From assembly GCF_963921235.1 (NCBI RefSeq), contig NC_086107.1, positions 115,444,001 to 115,508,000 of the forward strand: a stretch of DNA of 64,000 nt, read 5' to 3'. Made by a program: the position numbers and the translations under genes. The DNA comes from Mobula hypostoma. Its lineage: Eukaryota. Below the pieces are notes generated by a model. That model saw nothing but the letters and a program-made list of their open reading frames with translations, had not been told where the DNA came from and made no database searches. Below, in pieces: positions 34,601-49,000 of the stretch; within the stretch, counting starts at the first letter, position 1; every line of letters begins with the position of its first letter.

Positions 34601-37600
34601 GTCAGACACTGCACTGTGCGTGTATCACAGCANNNNNNNNNNNNNNNNNNNNNNNNNNNNNNNNNNNNNNNNNNNNNNNNNNNNNNNNNNNNNNNNNNNN
34701 NNNNNNNNNNNNNNNNNNNNNNNNNNNNNNNNNNNNNNNNNNNNNNNNNNNNNNNNNNNNNNNNNNNNNNNNNNNNNNNNNNNNNNNNNNNNNNNNNNNN
34801 NNNNNTGTGTGTGTGTCCCAGCGTCAGACACGGCACTGTGTGTGTGTGTCCCAGCGTCAGACACTGCACTGTGTGTGTGTGTGTGTCCCAGTGTCAGACA
34901 CTGCACTGTGTGTGTGTGTGTGTGTCCCAGCGTCAGACACGGCACTGTGTGTGTGTGTCCCAGCGTCAGACACTGCACTGTGTGTGTGTGTGTGTGTCCC
35001 AGCGTCAGACACGGCACTGTGTGTGTGTGTCCCAGCGTCAGACACTGGTCTGTGTGTGTGTGTGTCGCAGCGACAGACACTGCTCTGTGTGTGTGTGTGT
35101 CCCAGCGTCAGACACTGCACTGTGTGTGTGTGTGTGTCCCAGCGTCAGACACTGCACTGTGTGTGTGTGTGTGTGTCCCAGCGTCAGACACGGCACTGTG
35201 TGTGTGTGTCCCAGCGTCAGACACTGCACTGTGTGTGTGTGTGTCCCAGCGTCAGACACTGCACTGTGTGTGTGTGTGTCCCAGCGTCAGACACTGCACT
35301 GTGTGTGTGTGTGTGTCCCAGCGTCAGACACTGCACTGTGTGTGTGTGTGTCCCAGCGTCAGACACTGCACTGTGTGTGTGTGTGTCCCAGCATCAGACA
35401 CTGCACTGTGTGTGTGTCCCAGCGTCAGACACTGCACTGTGTGTGTGTCCCAGCGTCAGAGACTGCACTGTGTGTGTGTCCCAGCGTCAGACACTGCACT
35501 GTGTGTGTGTGTGTGTGTGTCCCAGCGTCAGACACTGCACTGTGTGTGTGTGTGTCCCAGCGTCAGACACTGCACTGTGTGTGTGTGTGTCCCAGCGTCA
35601 GACACTGCACTGTGTGTGTGTGTCCCAGCGTCAGACACTGCACTGTGTGTGTGTGTGTCCCAGCGTCAGACACTGCACTGTGTGTGTGTCCCAGCGTCAG
35701 ACACTGCACTGTGTGTGTGTGTGTGTCCCAGCGTCAGACACTGCACTGTGTGTGTGTGTGTCCCAGCATCAGACACTGCACTGTGTGTGTGTGTGTGTGT
35801 CCCAGCGTCAGACACTGCACTGTGTGTGTGTGTGTGTGTGTGTCCCAGCGTCAGACACTGCACGGTGTGTGTCCCAGTGTCAGACACTGCACTGTGTGTG
35901 TGTCCCCCAGCGTCAGACACTGCACAGTGTGTGTGTGTCCCAGCATCAGACACTGCACTGTGTGTGTGTCCCCCAGCGTCAGACACTGCACAGTGTGTGT
36001 GTGTCCCAGCATCAGACACTGCACTGTGTGTGTGAGACCCAGCGTCAGACACTGCACTGTGTGTGTCCCAGCGTCAGACACTGCAGTGTGTGTGTGTGTG
36101 TGTCCCAGCGTCAGACACTGCACTGTGTGTGTGTGTCCCAGCGTCAGACACTGCACTGTGTGTGTGTCCCCCAGCGTCAGACGCTGCACTGTGTGTGTCC
36201 CAGTGTCAGACACTGCACTGTGTGTCCCCCAGCGTCAGACACTGCACCGTGTGTGTCCCAGCGTCAGACACTGCACTGTGTGTGTGTGTCCCAGCGTCAG
36301 ACACTGCACTGTGTGTGTGTCCCAGCGTCAGACACTGCACTGTGTGTGTGTGTCCCAGCGTCAGACACTGCACTGTGTGTGTGTCCCAGCATCAGACACT
36401 GCACAGTGTGTGTGTGTGTGTCCCAGCGTCAGACACTGCACTGTGTGTGTGTGTCCCAGCGTCAGACACTGCACTGTGTGTGTGTGTCCCAGCGTCAGAC
36501 ACTGCACTGTGTGTGTGTGTGTCCCAGCGTCAGACACTGCACTGTGTGTGTGTGTGTGTCCCAGCATCAGACACTGCATTGTGTGTGTGTGTGTGTGTCC
36601 CAGCATCAGACACTGCACTGTGTGTGTGTGTGTCCCAGCATCAGACACTGCACTGTGTGTGTGTGTGTGTGTGTCCCAGCGTCAGACATTGCACTGTGTG
36701 TGTGTGTGTCCCAGCATCAGACACTGCACTGTGTGTGTGTGTGTGTGTGTGTCCCAGCGTCAGACACTGCACTGTGTGTGTGTGTGTCCCAGCATCAGAC
36801 ACTGCACTGTGTGTGTGTGTCCCAGCGTCAGACACTGCACTGTGTGTGTGTGTGTCCCAGCATCAGACACTGCACTGTGTGTGTGTGTGTGTGTGTGTGT
36901 GTCCCAGCATCAGACACTGCACTGTGGGTGTGTGTGTCCCAGCATCAGACACGGCACTGTGTGTGTGTCCCAGCGTCAGACACTGCACTGTGTGTGTGTG
37001 TGTGTGTGTGTGTCCCAGCGTCAGACACGGCACTGTGTGTGTGTCCCAGCATCAGACACTGCACTGTGTGTGTGTGTGTCCCAGCATCAGACACTGCTCT
37101 GTGTGTGTGTGTGTCCCAGCGTCAGACTCTGCACTGTGTGTGTGTGTCCCAGCATCAGACACTGCACTGTGTGTGTGTGTCCCAGCGTCAGACACTGCAC
37201 TGTGTGTGTCCCAGCGTCAGACACTGCACTGTGTTTGTGTGTCCCCCAGCGTCAGACACTGCACTGTGTGTGTCCCCCAGCGTCAGACACTGCACTGTGT
37301 GTGTGTGTCCCAGCGTCAGACACTGCACTGTGTGTGTGTCCCAGTGTCAGACACTGCACTGTGTGTCCCAGCATCAGACACTGCACTGTGTGTCCCAGCA
37401 TCAGACACTGCACTGTGTGTGTCCCAGTGTCAGACACTGCACTGTGTGTGTGTCCCCCAGCGTCAGACAATGCACTGTGTGTGTGTGTCCCCCAGCGTCA
37501 GACACTGCACTGTGTGTGTGTCCCAGCGCCAGACACTGCACTGTGTGTGTGTGTGCGTGTCCCAGCATCAGACACTGCACTGTGTGTGTGTGTCCCAGCA

Positions 37601-40600
37601 TCAGACACTGCACTGTGTGTGTGTGTCCCAGCGTCAGACACTGCACTGTGTGTGTGTGTGTGTCCCAGCGTCAGACACTGCACTGTGTGTGTCCCAGCGT
37701 CAGACACTGCACTGTGTGTGTCCCAGCGTCAGACACTGCACTGTGTGTGTGTGTGTCCCAGCATCAGACACTGCACTGTGTGTGTGTGTCCCAGCGTCAG
37801 ACACTGCACTGTGTGTGTGTGTCCGTGTCCCCCAGCATCAGACACTGCACTGTGTGTCCCACAGCGTCAGACACTGCACTGTGTGTGTCCCAGCGTCAGA
37901 CACTGCACTGTGTGTCCCAGCGTCAGACACTGCACTGTGTGTGTGTGTTCCAGCATCAGACACTGCATTGTGTGTGTCCCAGCGTCAGACACTGCACTGT
38001 GTGTGTGTGTGTGTCCCAGCGTCAGACACTGCACTGTGTGTGTGTGTGTGTGTCCCAGCGTCAGACACGGCACTGTGTGTGTGTGTCCCAGCGTCAGACA
38101 CTGCACTGTGTGTGTGTGTGTCCCAGCGTCAGACACTGCACTGTGTGTGTGTGTCCCAGCGTCAGACACTGCACTGTGTGTGTGTGTGTGTCCCAGCGTC
38201 AGACACTGCACTGTGTGTGTGTGTGTCCCAGCGTCAGACACTGCACTGTGTGTGTGTGTGTCCCAGCATCAGACACTGCACTGTGTGTGTGTCCCAGCGT
38301 CAGACACTGCACTGTGTGTGTCCCAGCGTCAGACACTGCACTGTGTGTGTGTCCCAGCGTCAGACACTGCACTGTGTGTGTGTGTGCGTGTCCCAGCATC
38401 AGACACTGCACTGTGTGTGTGTGTCCCAGCATCAGACACTGCACTGTGTGTGTGTGTCCCAGCGTCAGACACTGCACTGTGTGTGTGTGTGTGTCCCAGC
38501 GTCAGACACTGCACTGTGTGTGTCCCAGCGTCAGACACTGCACTGTGTGTGTCCCAGCGTCAGACACTGCACTGTGTGTGTGTGTGTCCCAGCATCAGAC
38601 ACTGCACTGTGTGTGTGTGTCCCAGCGTCAGACACTGCACTGTGTGTGTGTGTCCGTGTCCCCCAGCATCAGACACTGCACTGTGTGTCCCACAGCGTCA
38701 GACACTGCACTGTGTGTGTCCCAGCGTCAGACACTGCACTGTGTGTCCCAGCGTCAGACACTGCACTGTGTGTGTGTGTTCCAGCATCAGACACTGCATT
38801 GTGTGTGTCCCAGCGTCAGACACTGCACTGTGTGTGTGTGTGTGTCCCAGCGTCAGACACTGCACTGTGTGTGTGTGTGTGTGTCCCAGCGTCAGACACG
38901 GCACTGTGTGTGTGTGTCCCAGCGTCAGACACTGCACTGTGTGTGTGTGTGTCCCAGCGTCAGACACTGCACTGTGTGTGTGTGTCCCAGCGTCAGACAC
39001 TGCACTGTGTGTGTGTGTGTGTCCCAGCGTCAGACACTGCACTGTGTGTGTGTGTGTCCCAGCGTCAGACACTGCACTGTGTGTGTGTGTGTCCCAGCAT
39101 CAGACACTGCACTGTGTGTGTGTCCCAGCGTCAGACACTGCACTGTGTGTGTGTCCCAGCGTCAGACACTGCACTGTGTGTGTGTCCCAGCGTCAGACAC
39201 TGCACTGTGTGTGTGTGTGTGTGTGTCCCAGCGTCAGACACTGCACTGTGTGTGTGTGTGTCCCAGCGTCAGACACTGCACTGTGTGTGTGTGTCCCAGC
39301 GTCAGACACTGCACTGTGTGTGTGTGTCCCAGCGTCAGACACTGCACTGTGTGTGTGTGTCCCAGCGTCAGACACTGCACTGTGTGTGTGTCCCAGCGTC
39401 AGACACTGCACTGTGTGTGTGTGTGTGTCCCAGCGTCAGACACTGCACTGTGTGTGTGTGTGTCCCAGCATCAGACACTGCACTGTGTGTGTGTGTGTGT
39501 GTGTCCCAGCGTCAGACACTGCACTGTGTGTGTGTGTGTGTGTCCCAGCGTCAGACACTGCACGGTGTGTGTCCCAGTGTCAGACACTGCACTGTGTGTG
39601 TGTCCCCCAGCGTCAGACACTGCACAGTGTGTGTGTGTCCCAGCATCAGACACTGCACTGTGTGTGTGTCCCCCAGCGTCAGACACTGCACAGTGTGTGT
39701 GTGTGTCCCAGCATCAGACACTGCACTGTGTGTGTGAGACCCAGCGTCAGACACTGCACTGTGTGTGTCCCAGCGTCAGACACTGCAGTGTGTGTGTGTG
39801 TGTGTGTCCCAGCGTCAGACACTGCACTGTGTGTGTGTCCCAGCGTCAGACACTGCACTGTGTGTGTGTCCCCCAGCGTCAGACGCTGCACTGTGTGTGT
39901 CCCAGTGTCAGACACTGCACTGTGTGTCCCCCAGCGTCAGACACTGCACTGTGTGTGTGTCCCAGCGTCAGACACTGCACTGTGTGTGTGTCCCAGCGTC
40001 AGACACTGCACTGTGTGTGTGTGTCCCAGCGTCAGACACTGCACTGTGTGTGTGTCCCAGCATCAGACACTGCACAGTGTGTGTGTCCCAGCGTCAGACA
40101 CTGCACTGTGTGTGTGTGTCCCAGCGTCAGACACTGCACTGTGTGTGTGTGTCCCAGCGTCAGACACTGCACTGTGTGTGTGTGTGTCCCAGCGTCAGAC
40201 ACTGCACTGTGTGTGTGTGTGTGTCCCAGCATCAGACACTGCATTGTGTGTGTGTGTGTGTGTCCCAGCATCAGACACTGCACTGTGTGTGTGTGTGTCC
40301 CAGCATCAGACACTGCACTGTGTGTGTGTGTGTGTGTGTCCCAGCGTCAGACATTGCACTGTGTGTGTGTGTGTCCCAGCATCAGACACTGCACTGTGTG
40401 TGTGTGTGTGTGTGTCCCAGCGTCAGACACTGCACTGTGTGTGTGTGTGTCCCAGCATCAGACACTGCACTGTGTGTGTGTGTCCCAGCGTCAGACACTG
40501 CACTGTGTGTGTGTGTGTCCCAGCATCAGACACTGCACTGTGTGTGTGTGTGTGTGTGTGTGTCCCAGCATCAGACACTGCACTGTGGGTGTGTGTGTCC

Positions 40601-43120
40601 CAGCATCAGACACGGCACTGTGTGTGTGTCCCAGCGTCAGACACTGCACTGTGTGTGTGTGTGTGTGTGTGTGTCCCAGCGTCAGACACGGCACTGTGTG
40701 TGTGTCCCAGCATCAGACACTGCACTGTGTGTGTGTGTGTCCCAGCATCAGACACTGCACTGTGTGTGTGTGTGTCCCAGCGTCAGACACTGCACTGTGT
40801 GTGTGTCCCAGCATCAGACACTGCACTGTGTGTGTGTGTCCCAGCGTCAGACACTGCACTGTGTGTGTCCCAGCGTCAGACACTGCACTGTGTTTGTGTG
40901 TCCCCCAGCGTCAGACACTGCACTGTGTGTGTCCCCCAGCGTCAGACACTGCACTGTGTGTGTGTGTCCCAGCGTCAGACACTGCACTGTGTGTGTGTCC
41001 CAGTGTCAGACACTGCACTGTGTGTCCCAGCATCAGACACTGCACTGTGTGTCCCAGCATCAGACACTGCACTGTGTGTGTCCCAGTGTCAGACACTGCA
41101 CTGTGTGTGTGTCCCCCAGCGTCAGACAATGCACTGTGTGTGTGTGTCCCCCAGCGTCAGACACTGCACTGTGTGTGTGTCCCAGCGCCAGACACTGCAC
41201 TGTGTGTGTGTGTGCGTGTCCCAGCATCAGACACTGCACTGTGTGTGTGTGTGTGTGTCCCAGCATCAGACACTGCACTGTGTGTGTGTGTCCCAGCGTC
41301 AGACACTGCACTGTGTGTGTGTCCCAGCGTCAGACACTGCACTGTGTGTGTCCCAGCGTCAGACACTGCACTGTGTGTGTCCCAGCGTCAGACACTGCAC
41401 TGTGTGTGTGTGTGTCCCAGCATCAGACACTGCACTGTGTGTGTGTGTGTGTGTGTGTCCGTCCCAGTGTCAAACACTGCACTGTGTGTGTGTCCCCCAG
41501 CGTCAGACAATGCACTGTGTGTGTGTGTCCCCCAGCGTCAGACACTGCACTGTGTGTGTGTGTGTCCCAGCGCCAGACACTGCACTGTGTGTGTGTGTGC
41601 GTGTCCCAGCATCAGACACTGCACTGTGTGTGTGTGTGTGTCCCAGCATCAGACACTGCACTGTGTGTGTGTGTCCCCCAGCGTCAGACACTGCAGTGTG
41701 TGTGTGTGTGTGTCCCAGCGTCAGACACTGCACTGTGTGTGTGTGTGTGTGTGTCCCAGCGCCGGACACTGCACTGTGTGTGTGTGTCCCAGCATCAGAC
41801 ACTGCACTGTGTGTGTGTGTCCCAGCGTCAGACACTGCACTGTGTGTGTGTCCCAGCGTCAGACACTGCACTGTGTGTGTCCCAGCGTCAGACACTGCAC
41901 TGTGTGTGTGTGTGTCCCAGCATCAGACACTGCACTGTGTGTGTGTGTCCCAGCGTCAGACACTGCACTGTGTGTGTGTGTCCGTGTCCCCCAGCATCAG
42001 ACACTGCACTGTGTGTCCCACAGCGTCAGACACTGCACTGTGTGTGTCCCAGCGTCAGACACTGCACTGTGTGTCCCAGCGTCAGACACTGCACTGTGTG
42101 TGTGTGTTCCAGCATCAGACACTGCATTGTGTGTGTCCCAGCGTCAGACACTGCACTGTGTGTGTGTGTCCCAGCATCAGACACTGCACTGTGTGTGTGT
42201 CCCAGCGTCAGACACTGCACTGTGTGTGTGTGTGTGTGTCCCAGCATCAGACACTGCACTGTGTGTGTGTGTCCCAGCGTCAGACACTGCACTGTGTGTG
42301 TGTCCCCCAGCGTCAGACGCTGCACTGTGTGTGTCCCAGTGTCAGACACTGCACTGTGTGTCCCCCAGCGTCAGACACTGCACCGTGTGTGTCCCAGCGT
42401 CAGACACTGCACTGTGTGTGTCCCAGCGTCAGACACTGCACTGTGTGTGTGTCCCAGCGTCAGACACTGCACTGTGTGTGTGTGTCCCAGCGTCAGACAC
42501 TGCACTGTGTGTGTGTCCCAGCATCAGACACTGCACAGTGAGTGTGTGTGTGTCCCAGCGTCAGACACTGCACTGTGTGTGTGTGTCCCAGCGTCAGACA
42601 CTGCACTGTGTGTGTGTGTCCCAGCGTCAGACACTGCACTGTGTGTGTGTGTGTCCCAGCGTCAGACACTGCACTGTGTGTGTGTGTGTGTCCCAGCATC
42701 AGACACTGCATTGTGTGTGTGTGTGTGTGTCCCAGCATCAGACACTGCACTGTGTGTGTGTGTGTCCCAGCATCAGACACTGCACTGTGTGTGTGTGTGT
42801 GTGTGTGTGTGTCCCAGCGTCAGACATTGCACTGTGTGTGTGTGTGTCCCAGCATCAGACACTGCACTGTGTGTGTGTGTGTGTGTGTCCCAGCGTCAGA
42901 CACTGCACTGTGTGTGTGTGTGTCCCAGCATCAGACACTGCACTGTGTGTGTGTGTCCCAGCGTCAGACACTGCACTGTGTGTGTGTGTGTCCCAGCATC
43001 AGACACTGCACTGTGTGTGTGTGTGTGTGTGTGTGTCCCAGCATCAGACACTGCACTGTGGGTGTGTGTGTCCCAGCATCAGACACGGCACTGTGTGTGT
43101 GTCCCAGCGTCAGACACTGC

Positions 43121-43154
<34 letters not shown>

Positions 43155-46007
43155 AGCGTCAGACACGGCACTGTGTGTGTGTCCCAGCATCAGACACTGC
43201 ACTGTGTGTGTGTGTGTCCCAGCATCAGACACTGCACTGTGTGTGTGTGTGTCCCAGCGTCAGACACTGCACTGTGTGTGTGTGTCCCAGCATCAGACAC
43301 TGCACTGTGTGTGTGTGTCCCAGCGTCAGACACTGCACTGTGTGTGTCCCAGCGTCAGACACTGCACTGTGTTTGTGTGTCCCCCAGCGTCAGACACTGC
43401 ACTGTGTGTGTCCCCCCGCGTCAGACACTGCACTGTGTGTGTGTGTCCCAGCGTCAGACACTGCACTGTGTGTGTGTCCCAGTGTCAGACACTGCACTGT
43501 GTGTCCCAGCATCAGACACTGCACTGTGTGTCCCAGCATCAGACACTGCACTGTGTGTGTCCCAGTGTCAGACACTGCACTGTGTGTGTGTCCCCCAGCG
43601 TCAGACAATGCACTGTGTGTGTGTGTCCCCCAGCGTCAGACACTGCACTGTGTGTGTGTCCCAGCGCCAGACACTGCACTGTGTGTGTGTGTGCGTGTCC
43701 CAGCATCAGACACTGCACTGTGTGTGTGTGTGTGTGTCCCAGCATCAGACACTGCACTGTGTGTGTGTGTCCCAGCGTCAGACACTGCACTGTGTGTGTG
43801 TGTGTGTCCCAGCGTCAGACACTGCACTGTGTGTGTCCCAGCGTCAGACACTGCACTGTGTGTGTCCCAGCGTCAGACACTGCACTGTGTGTGTGTGTGT
43901 CCCAGCATCAGACACTGCACTGTGTGTGTGTGTCCCAGCGTCAGACACTGCACTGTGTGTGTGTGTCCGTGTCCCCCAGCATCAGACACTGCACTGTGTG
44001 TCCCACAGCGTCAGACACTGCACTGTGTGTGTCCCAGCGTCAGACACTGCACTGTGTGTCCCAGCGTCAGACACTGCACTGTGTGTGTGTGTTCCAGCAT
44101 CAGACACTGCATTGTGTGTGTCCCAGCGTCAGACACTGCACTGTGTGTGTGTGTGTGTCCCAGCGTCAGACACTGCACTGTGTGTGTGTGTGTGTGTGTC
44201 CCAGCGTCAGACACGGCACTGTGTGTGTGTGTCACAGCGTCAGACACTGCACTGTGTGTGTGTGTGTCCCAGCGTCAGACACTGCACTGTGTGTGTGTGT
44301 GTCCCAGCGTCAGACACTGCACTGTGTGTGTGTGTGTGTCCCAGCGTCAGACACTGCACTGTGTGTGTGTGTGTCCCAGCGTCAGACACTGCACTGTGTG
44401 TGTGTGTGTCCCAGCATCAGACACTGCACTGTGTGTGTGTCCCAGCGTCAGACACTGCACTGTGTGTGTGTCCCAGCGTCAGACACTGCACTGTGTGTGT
44501 GTCCCAGCGTCAGACACTGCACTGTGTGTGTGTGTGTGTGTCCCAGCGTCAGACACTGCACTGTGTGTGTGTGTCCCAGCGTCAGACACTGCACTGTGTG
44601 TGTGTGTCCCAGCGTCAGACACTGCACTGTGTGTGTGTGTCCCAGCGTCAGACACTGCACTGTGTGTGTGTGTGTGTCCCAGCGTCAGACACTGCACTGT
44701 GTGTGTGTCCCAGCGTCAGACACTGCACTGTGTGTGTGTGTGTGTGTCCCAGCGTCAGACACTGCACTGTGTGTGTGTGTGTCCCAGCATCAGACACTGC
44801 ACTGTGTGTGTGTGTGTGTGTCCCAGCGTCAGACACTGCACTGTGTGTGTGTGTGTGTGTCCCAGCGTCAGACACTGCACGGTGTGTGTCCCAGTGTCAG
44901 ACACTGCACTGTGTGTGTGTCCCCCAGCGTCAGACACTGCACAGTGTGTGTGTGTCCCAGCATCAGACACTGCACTGTGTGTGTGTCCCCCAGCGTCAGA
45001 CACTGCACAGTGTGTGTGTGTGTCCCAGCATCAGACACTGCACTGTGTGTGTGAGACCCAGCGTCAGACACTGCACTGTGTGTGTCCCAGCGTCAGACAC
45101 TGCAGTGTGTGTGTGTGTGTGTGTCCCAGCGTCAGACACTGCACTGTGTGTGTGTGTCCCAGCGTCAGACACTGCACTGTGTGTGTGTCCCCCAGCGTCA
45201 GACGCTGCACTGTGTGTGTCCCAGTGTCAGACACTGCACTGTGTGTCCCCCAGCGTCAGACACTGCACCGTGTGTGTCCCAGCGTCAGACACTGCACTGT
45301 GTGTGTCCCAGCGTCAGACACTGCACTGTGTGTGTGTCCCAGCGTCAGACACTGCACTGTGTGTGTGTGTCCCAGCGTCAGACACTGCACTGTGTGTGTG
45401 TCCCAGCATCAGACACTGCACAGTGAGTGTGTGTGTGTCCCAGCGTCAGACACTGCACTGTGTGTGTGTGTCCCAGCGTCAGACACTGCACTGTGTGTGT
45501 GTGTCCCAGCGTCAGACACTGCACTGTGTGTGTGTGTGTCCCAGCGTCAGACACTGCACTGTGTGTGTGTGTGTGTCCCAGCATCAGACACTGCATTGTG
45601 TGTGTGTGTGTGTGTCCCAGCATCAGACACTGCACTGTGTGTGTGTGTGTCCCAGCATCAGACACTGCACTGTGTGTGTGTGTGTGTGTGTGTGTGTCCC
45701 AGCGTCAGACATTGCACTGTGTGTGTGTGTGTCCCAGCATCAGACACTGCACTGTGTGTGTGTGTGTGTGTGTCCCAGCGTCAGACACTGCACTGTGTGT
45801 GTGTGTGTCCCAGCATCAGACACTGCACTGTGTGTGTGTGTCCCAGCGTCAGACACTGCACTGTGTGTGTGTGTGTCCCAGCATCAGACACTGCACTGTG
45901 TGTGTGTGTGTGTGTGTGTGTCCCAGCATCAGACACTGCACTGTGGGTGTGTGTGTCCCAGCATCAGACACGGCACTGTGTGTGTGTCCCAGCGTCAGAC
46001 ACTGCAC

Positions 46008-46038
<31 letters not shown>

Positions 46039-49000
46039 CAGACACGGCACTGTGTGTGTGTCCCAGCATCAGACACTGCACTGTGTGTGTGTGTGTCCCA
46101 GCATCAGACACTGCACTGTGTGTGTGTGTGTCCCAGCGTCAGACACTGCACTGTGTGTGTGTGTGTCCCAGCGTCAGACACTGCACTGTGTGTGTGTGTC
46201 CCAGCATCAGACACTGCACTGTGTGTGTGTGTCCCAGCGTCAGACACTGCACTGTGTGTGTCCCAGCGTCAGACACTGCACTGTGTTTGTGTGTCCCCCA
46301 GCGTCAGACACTGCACTGTGTGTGTCCCCCAGCGTCAGACACTGCACTGTGTGTGTGTGTCCCAGCGTCAGACACTGCACTGTGTGTGTGTCCCAGTGTC
46401 AGACACTGCACTGTGTGTCCCAGCATCAGACACTGCACTGTGTGTCCCAGCATCAGACACTGCACTGTGTGTGTCCCAGTGTCAGACACTGCACTGTGTG
46501 TGTGTCCCCCAGCGTCAGACAATGCACTGTGTGTGTGTGTCCCCCAGCGTCAGACACTGCACTGTGTGTGTGTCCCAGCGCCAGACACTGCACTGTGTGT
46601 GTGTGTGCGTGTCCCAGCATCAGACACTGCACTGTGTGTGTGTGTGTGTGTCCCAGCATCAGACACTGCACTGTGTGTGTGTGTCCCAGCGTCAGACACT
46701 GCACTGTGTGTGTGTGTGTGTCCCAGCGTCAGACACTGCACTGTGTGTGTCCCAGCGTCAGACACTGCACTGTGTGTGTCCCAGCGTCAGACACTGCACT
46801 GTGTGTGTGTGTGTCCCAGCATCAGACACTGCACTGTGTGTGTGTGTCCCAGCGTCAGACACTGCACTGTGTGTGTGTGTCCGTGTCCCCCAGCATCAGA
46901 CACTGCACTGTGTGTCCCACAGCGTCAGACACTGCACTGTGTGTGTCCCAGCGTCAGACACTGCACTGTGTGTCCCAGCGTCAGACACTGCACTGTGTGT
47001 GTGTGTTCCAGCATCAGACACTGCATTGTGTGTGTCCCAGCGTCAGACACTGCACTGTGTGTGTGTGTGTGTCCCAGCGTCAGACACTGCACTGTGTGTG
47101 TGTGTGTGTGTGTCCCAGCGTCAGACACGGCACTGTGTGTGTGTGTCCCAGCGTCAGACACTGCACTGTGTGTGTGTGTGTCCCAGCGTCAGACACTGCA
47201 CTGTGTGTGTGTGTGTCCCAGCGTCAGACACTGCACTGTGTGTGTGTGTGTGTCCCAGCGTCAGACACTGCACTGTGTGTGTGTGTGTGTCCCAGCGTCA
47301 GACACTGCACTGTGTGTGTGTGTGTCCCAGCATCAGACACTGCACTGTGTGTGTGTGTCCCAGCGTCAGACACTGCACTGTGTGTGTGTCCCAGCGTCAG
47401 ACACTGCACTGTGTGTGTGTCCCAGCGTCAGACACTGCACTGTGTGTGTGTGTGTGTGTCCCAGCGTCAGACACTGCACTGTGTGTGTGTGTCCCAGCGT
47501 CAGACACTGCACTGTGTGTGTGTGTCCCAGCGTCAGACACTGCACTGTGTGTGTGTGTCCCAGCGTCAGACACTGCACTGTGTGTGTGTGTGTGTCCCAG
47601 CGTCAGACACTGCACTGTGTGTGTGTCCCAGCGTCAGACACTGCACTGTGTGTGTGTGTGTGTGTCCCAGCGTCAGACACTGCACTGTGTGTGTGTGTGT
47701 CCCAGCATCAGACACTGCACTGTGTGTGTGTGTGTGTGTCCCAGCGTCAGACACTGCACTGTGTGTGTGTGTGTGTGTCCCAGCGTCAGACACTGCACGG
47801 TGTGTGTCCCAGTGTCAGACACTGCACTGTGTGTGTGTCCCCCAGCGTCAGACACTGCACAGTGTGTGTGTGTCCCAGCATCAGACACTGCACTGTGTGT
47901 GTGTCCCCCAGCGTCAGACACTGCACAGTGTGTGTGTGTGTCCCAGCATCAGACACTGCACTGTGTGTGTGAGACCCAGCGTCAGACACTGCACTGTGTG
48001 TGTGTCCCAGCGTCAGACACTGCAGTGTGTGTGTGTGTGTGTGTCCCAGCGTCAGACACTGCACTGTGTGTGTGTGTCCCAGCGTCAGACACTGCACTGT
48101 GTGTGTGTCCCCCAGCGTCAGACGCTGCACTGTGTGTGTCCCAGTGTCAGACACTGCACTGTGTGTCCCCCAGCGTCAGACACTGCACCGTGTGTGTCCC
48201 AGCGTCAGACACTGCACTGTGTGTGTGTGTCCCAGCGTCAGACACTGCACTGTGTGTGTGTCCCAGCGTCAGACACTGCACTGTGTGTGTGTGTCCCAGC
48301 GTCAGACACTGCACTGTGTGTGTGTCCCAGCATCAGACACTGCACAGTGTGTGTGTGTGTGTGTCCCAGCGTCAGACACTGCACTGTGTGTGTGTGTCCC
48401 AGCGTCAGACACTGCACTGTGTGTGTGTGTGTCCCAGCGTCAGACACTGCACTGTGTGTGTGTGTGTGTCCCAGCATCAGACACTGCATTGTGTGTGTGT
48501 GTGTGTGTCCCAGCATCAGACACTGCACTGTGTGTGTGTGTGTCCCAGCATCAGACACTGCACTGTGTGTGTGTGTGTGTGTGTCCCAGCGTCAGACATT
48601 GCACTGTGTGTGTGTGTGTCCCAGCATCAGACACTGCACTGTGTGTGTGTGTGTGTGTGTCCCAGCGTCAGACACTGCACTGTGTGTGTGTGTCCCAGCG
48701 TCAGACACTGCACTGTGTGTGTGTGTGTCCCAGCATCAGACACTGCACTGTGTGTGTGTGTGTCCCAGCGTCAGACACTGCACTGTGTGTGTGTCCCAGC
48801 GTCAGACACTGCACTGTGTGTGTGTGTGTCCCAGCATCAGACACTGCACTGTGTGTGTGTGTGTGTGTGTGTGTGTCCCAGCATCAGACACTGCACTGTG
48901 GGTGTGTGTGTCCCAGCATCAGACACGGCACTGTGTGTGTGTCCCAGCGTCAGACACTGCACTGTGTGTGTGTGTGTGTGTGTGTGTCCCAGCGTCAGAC

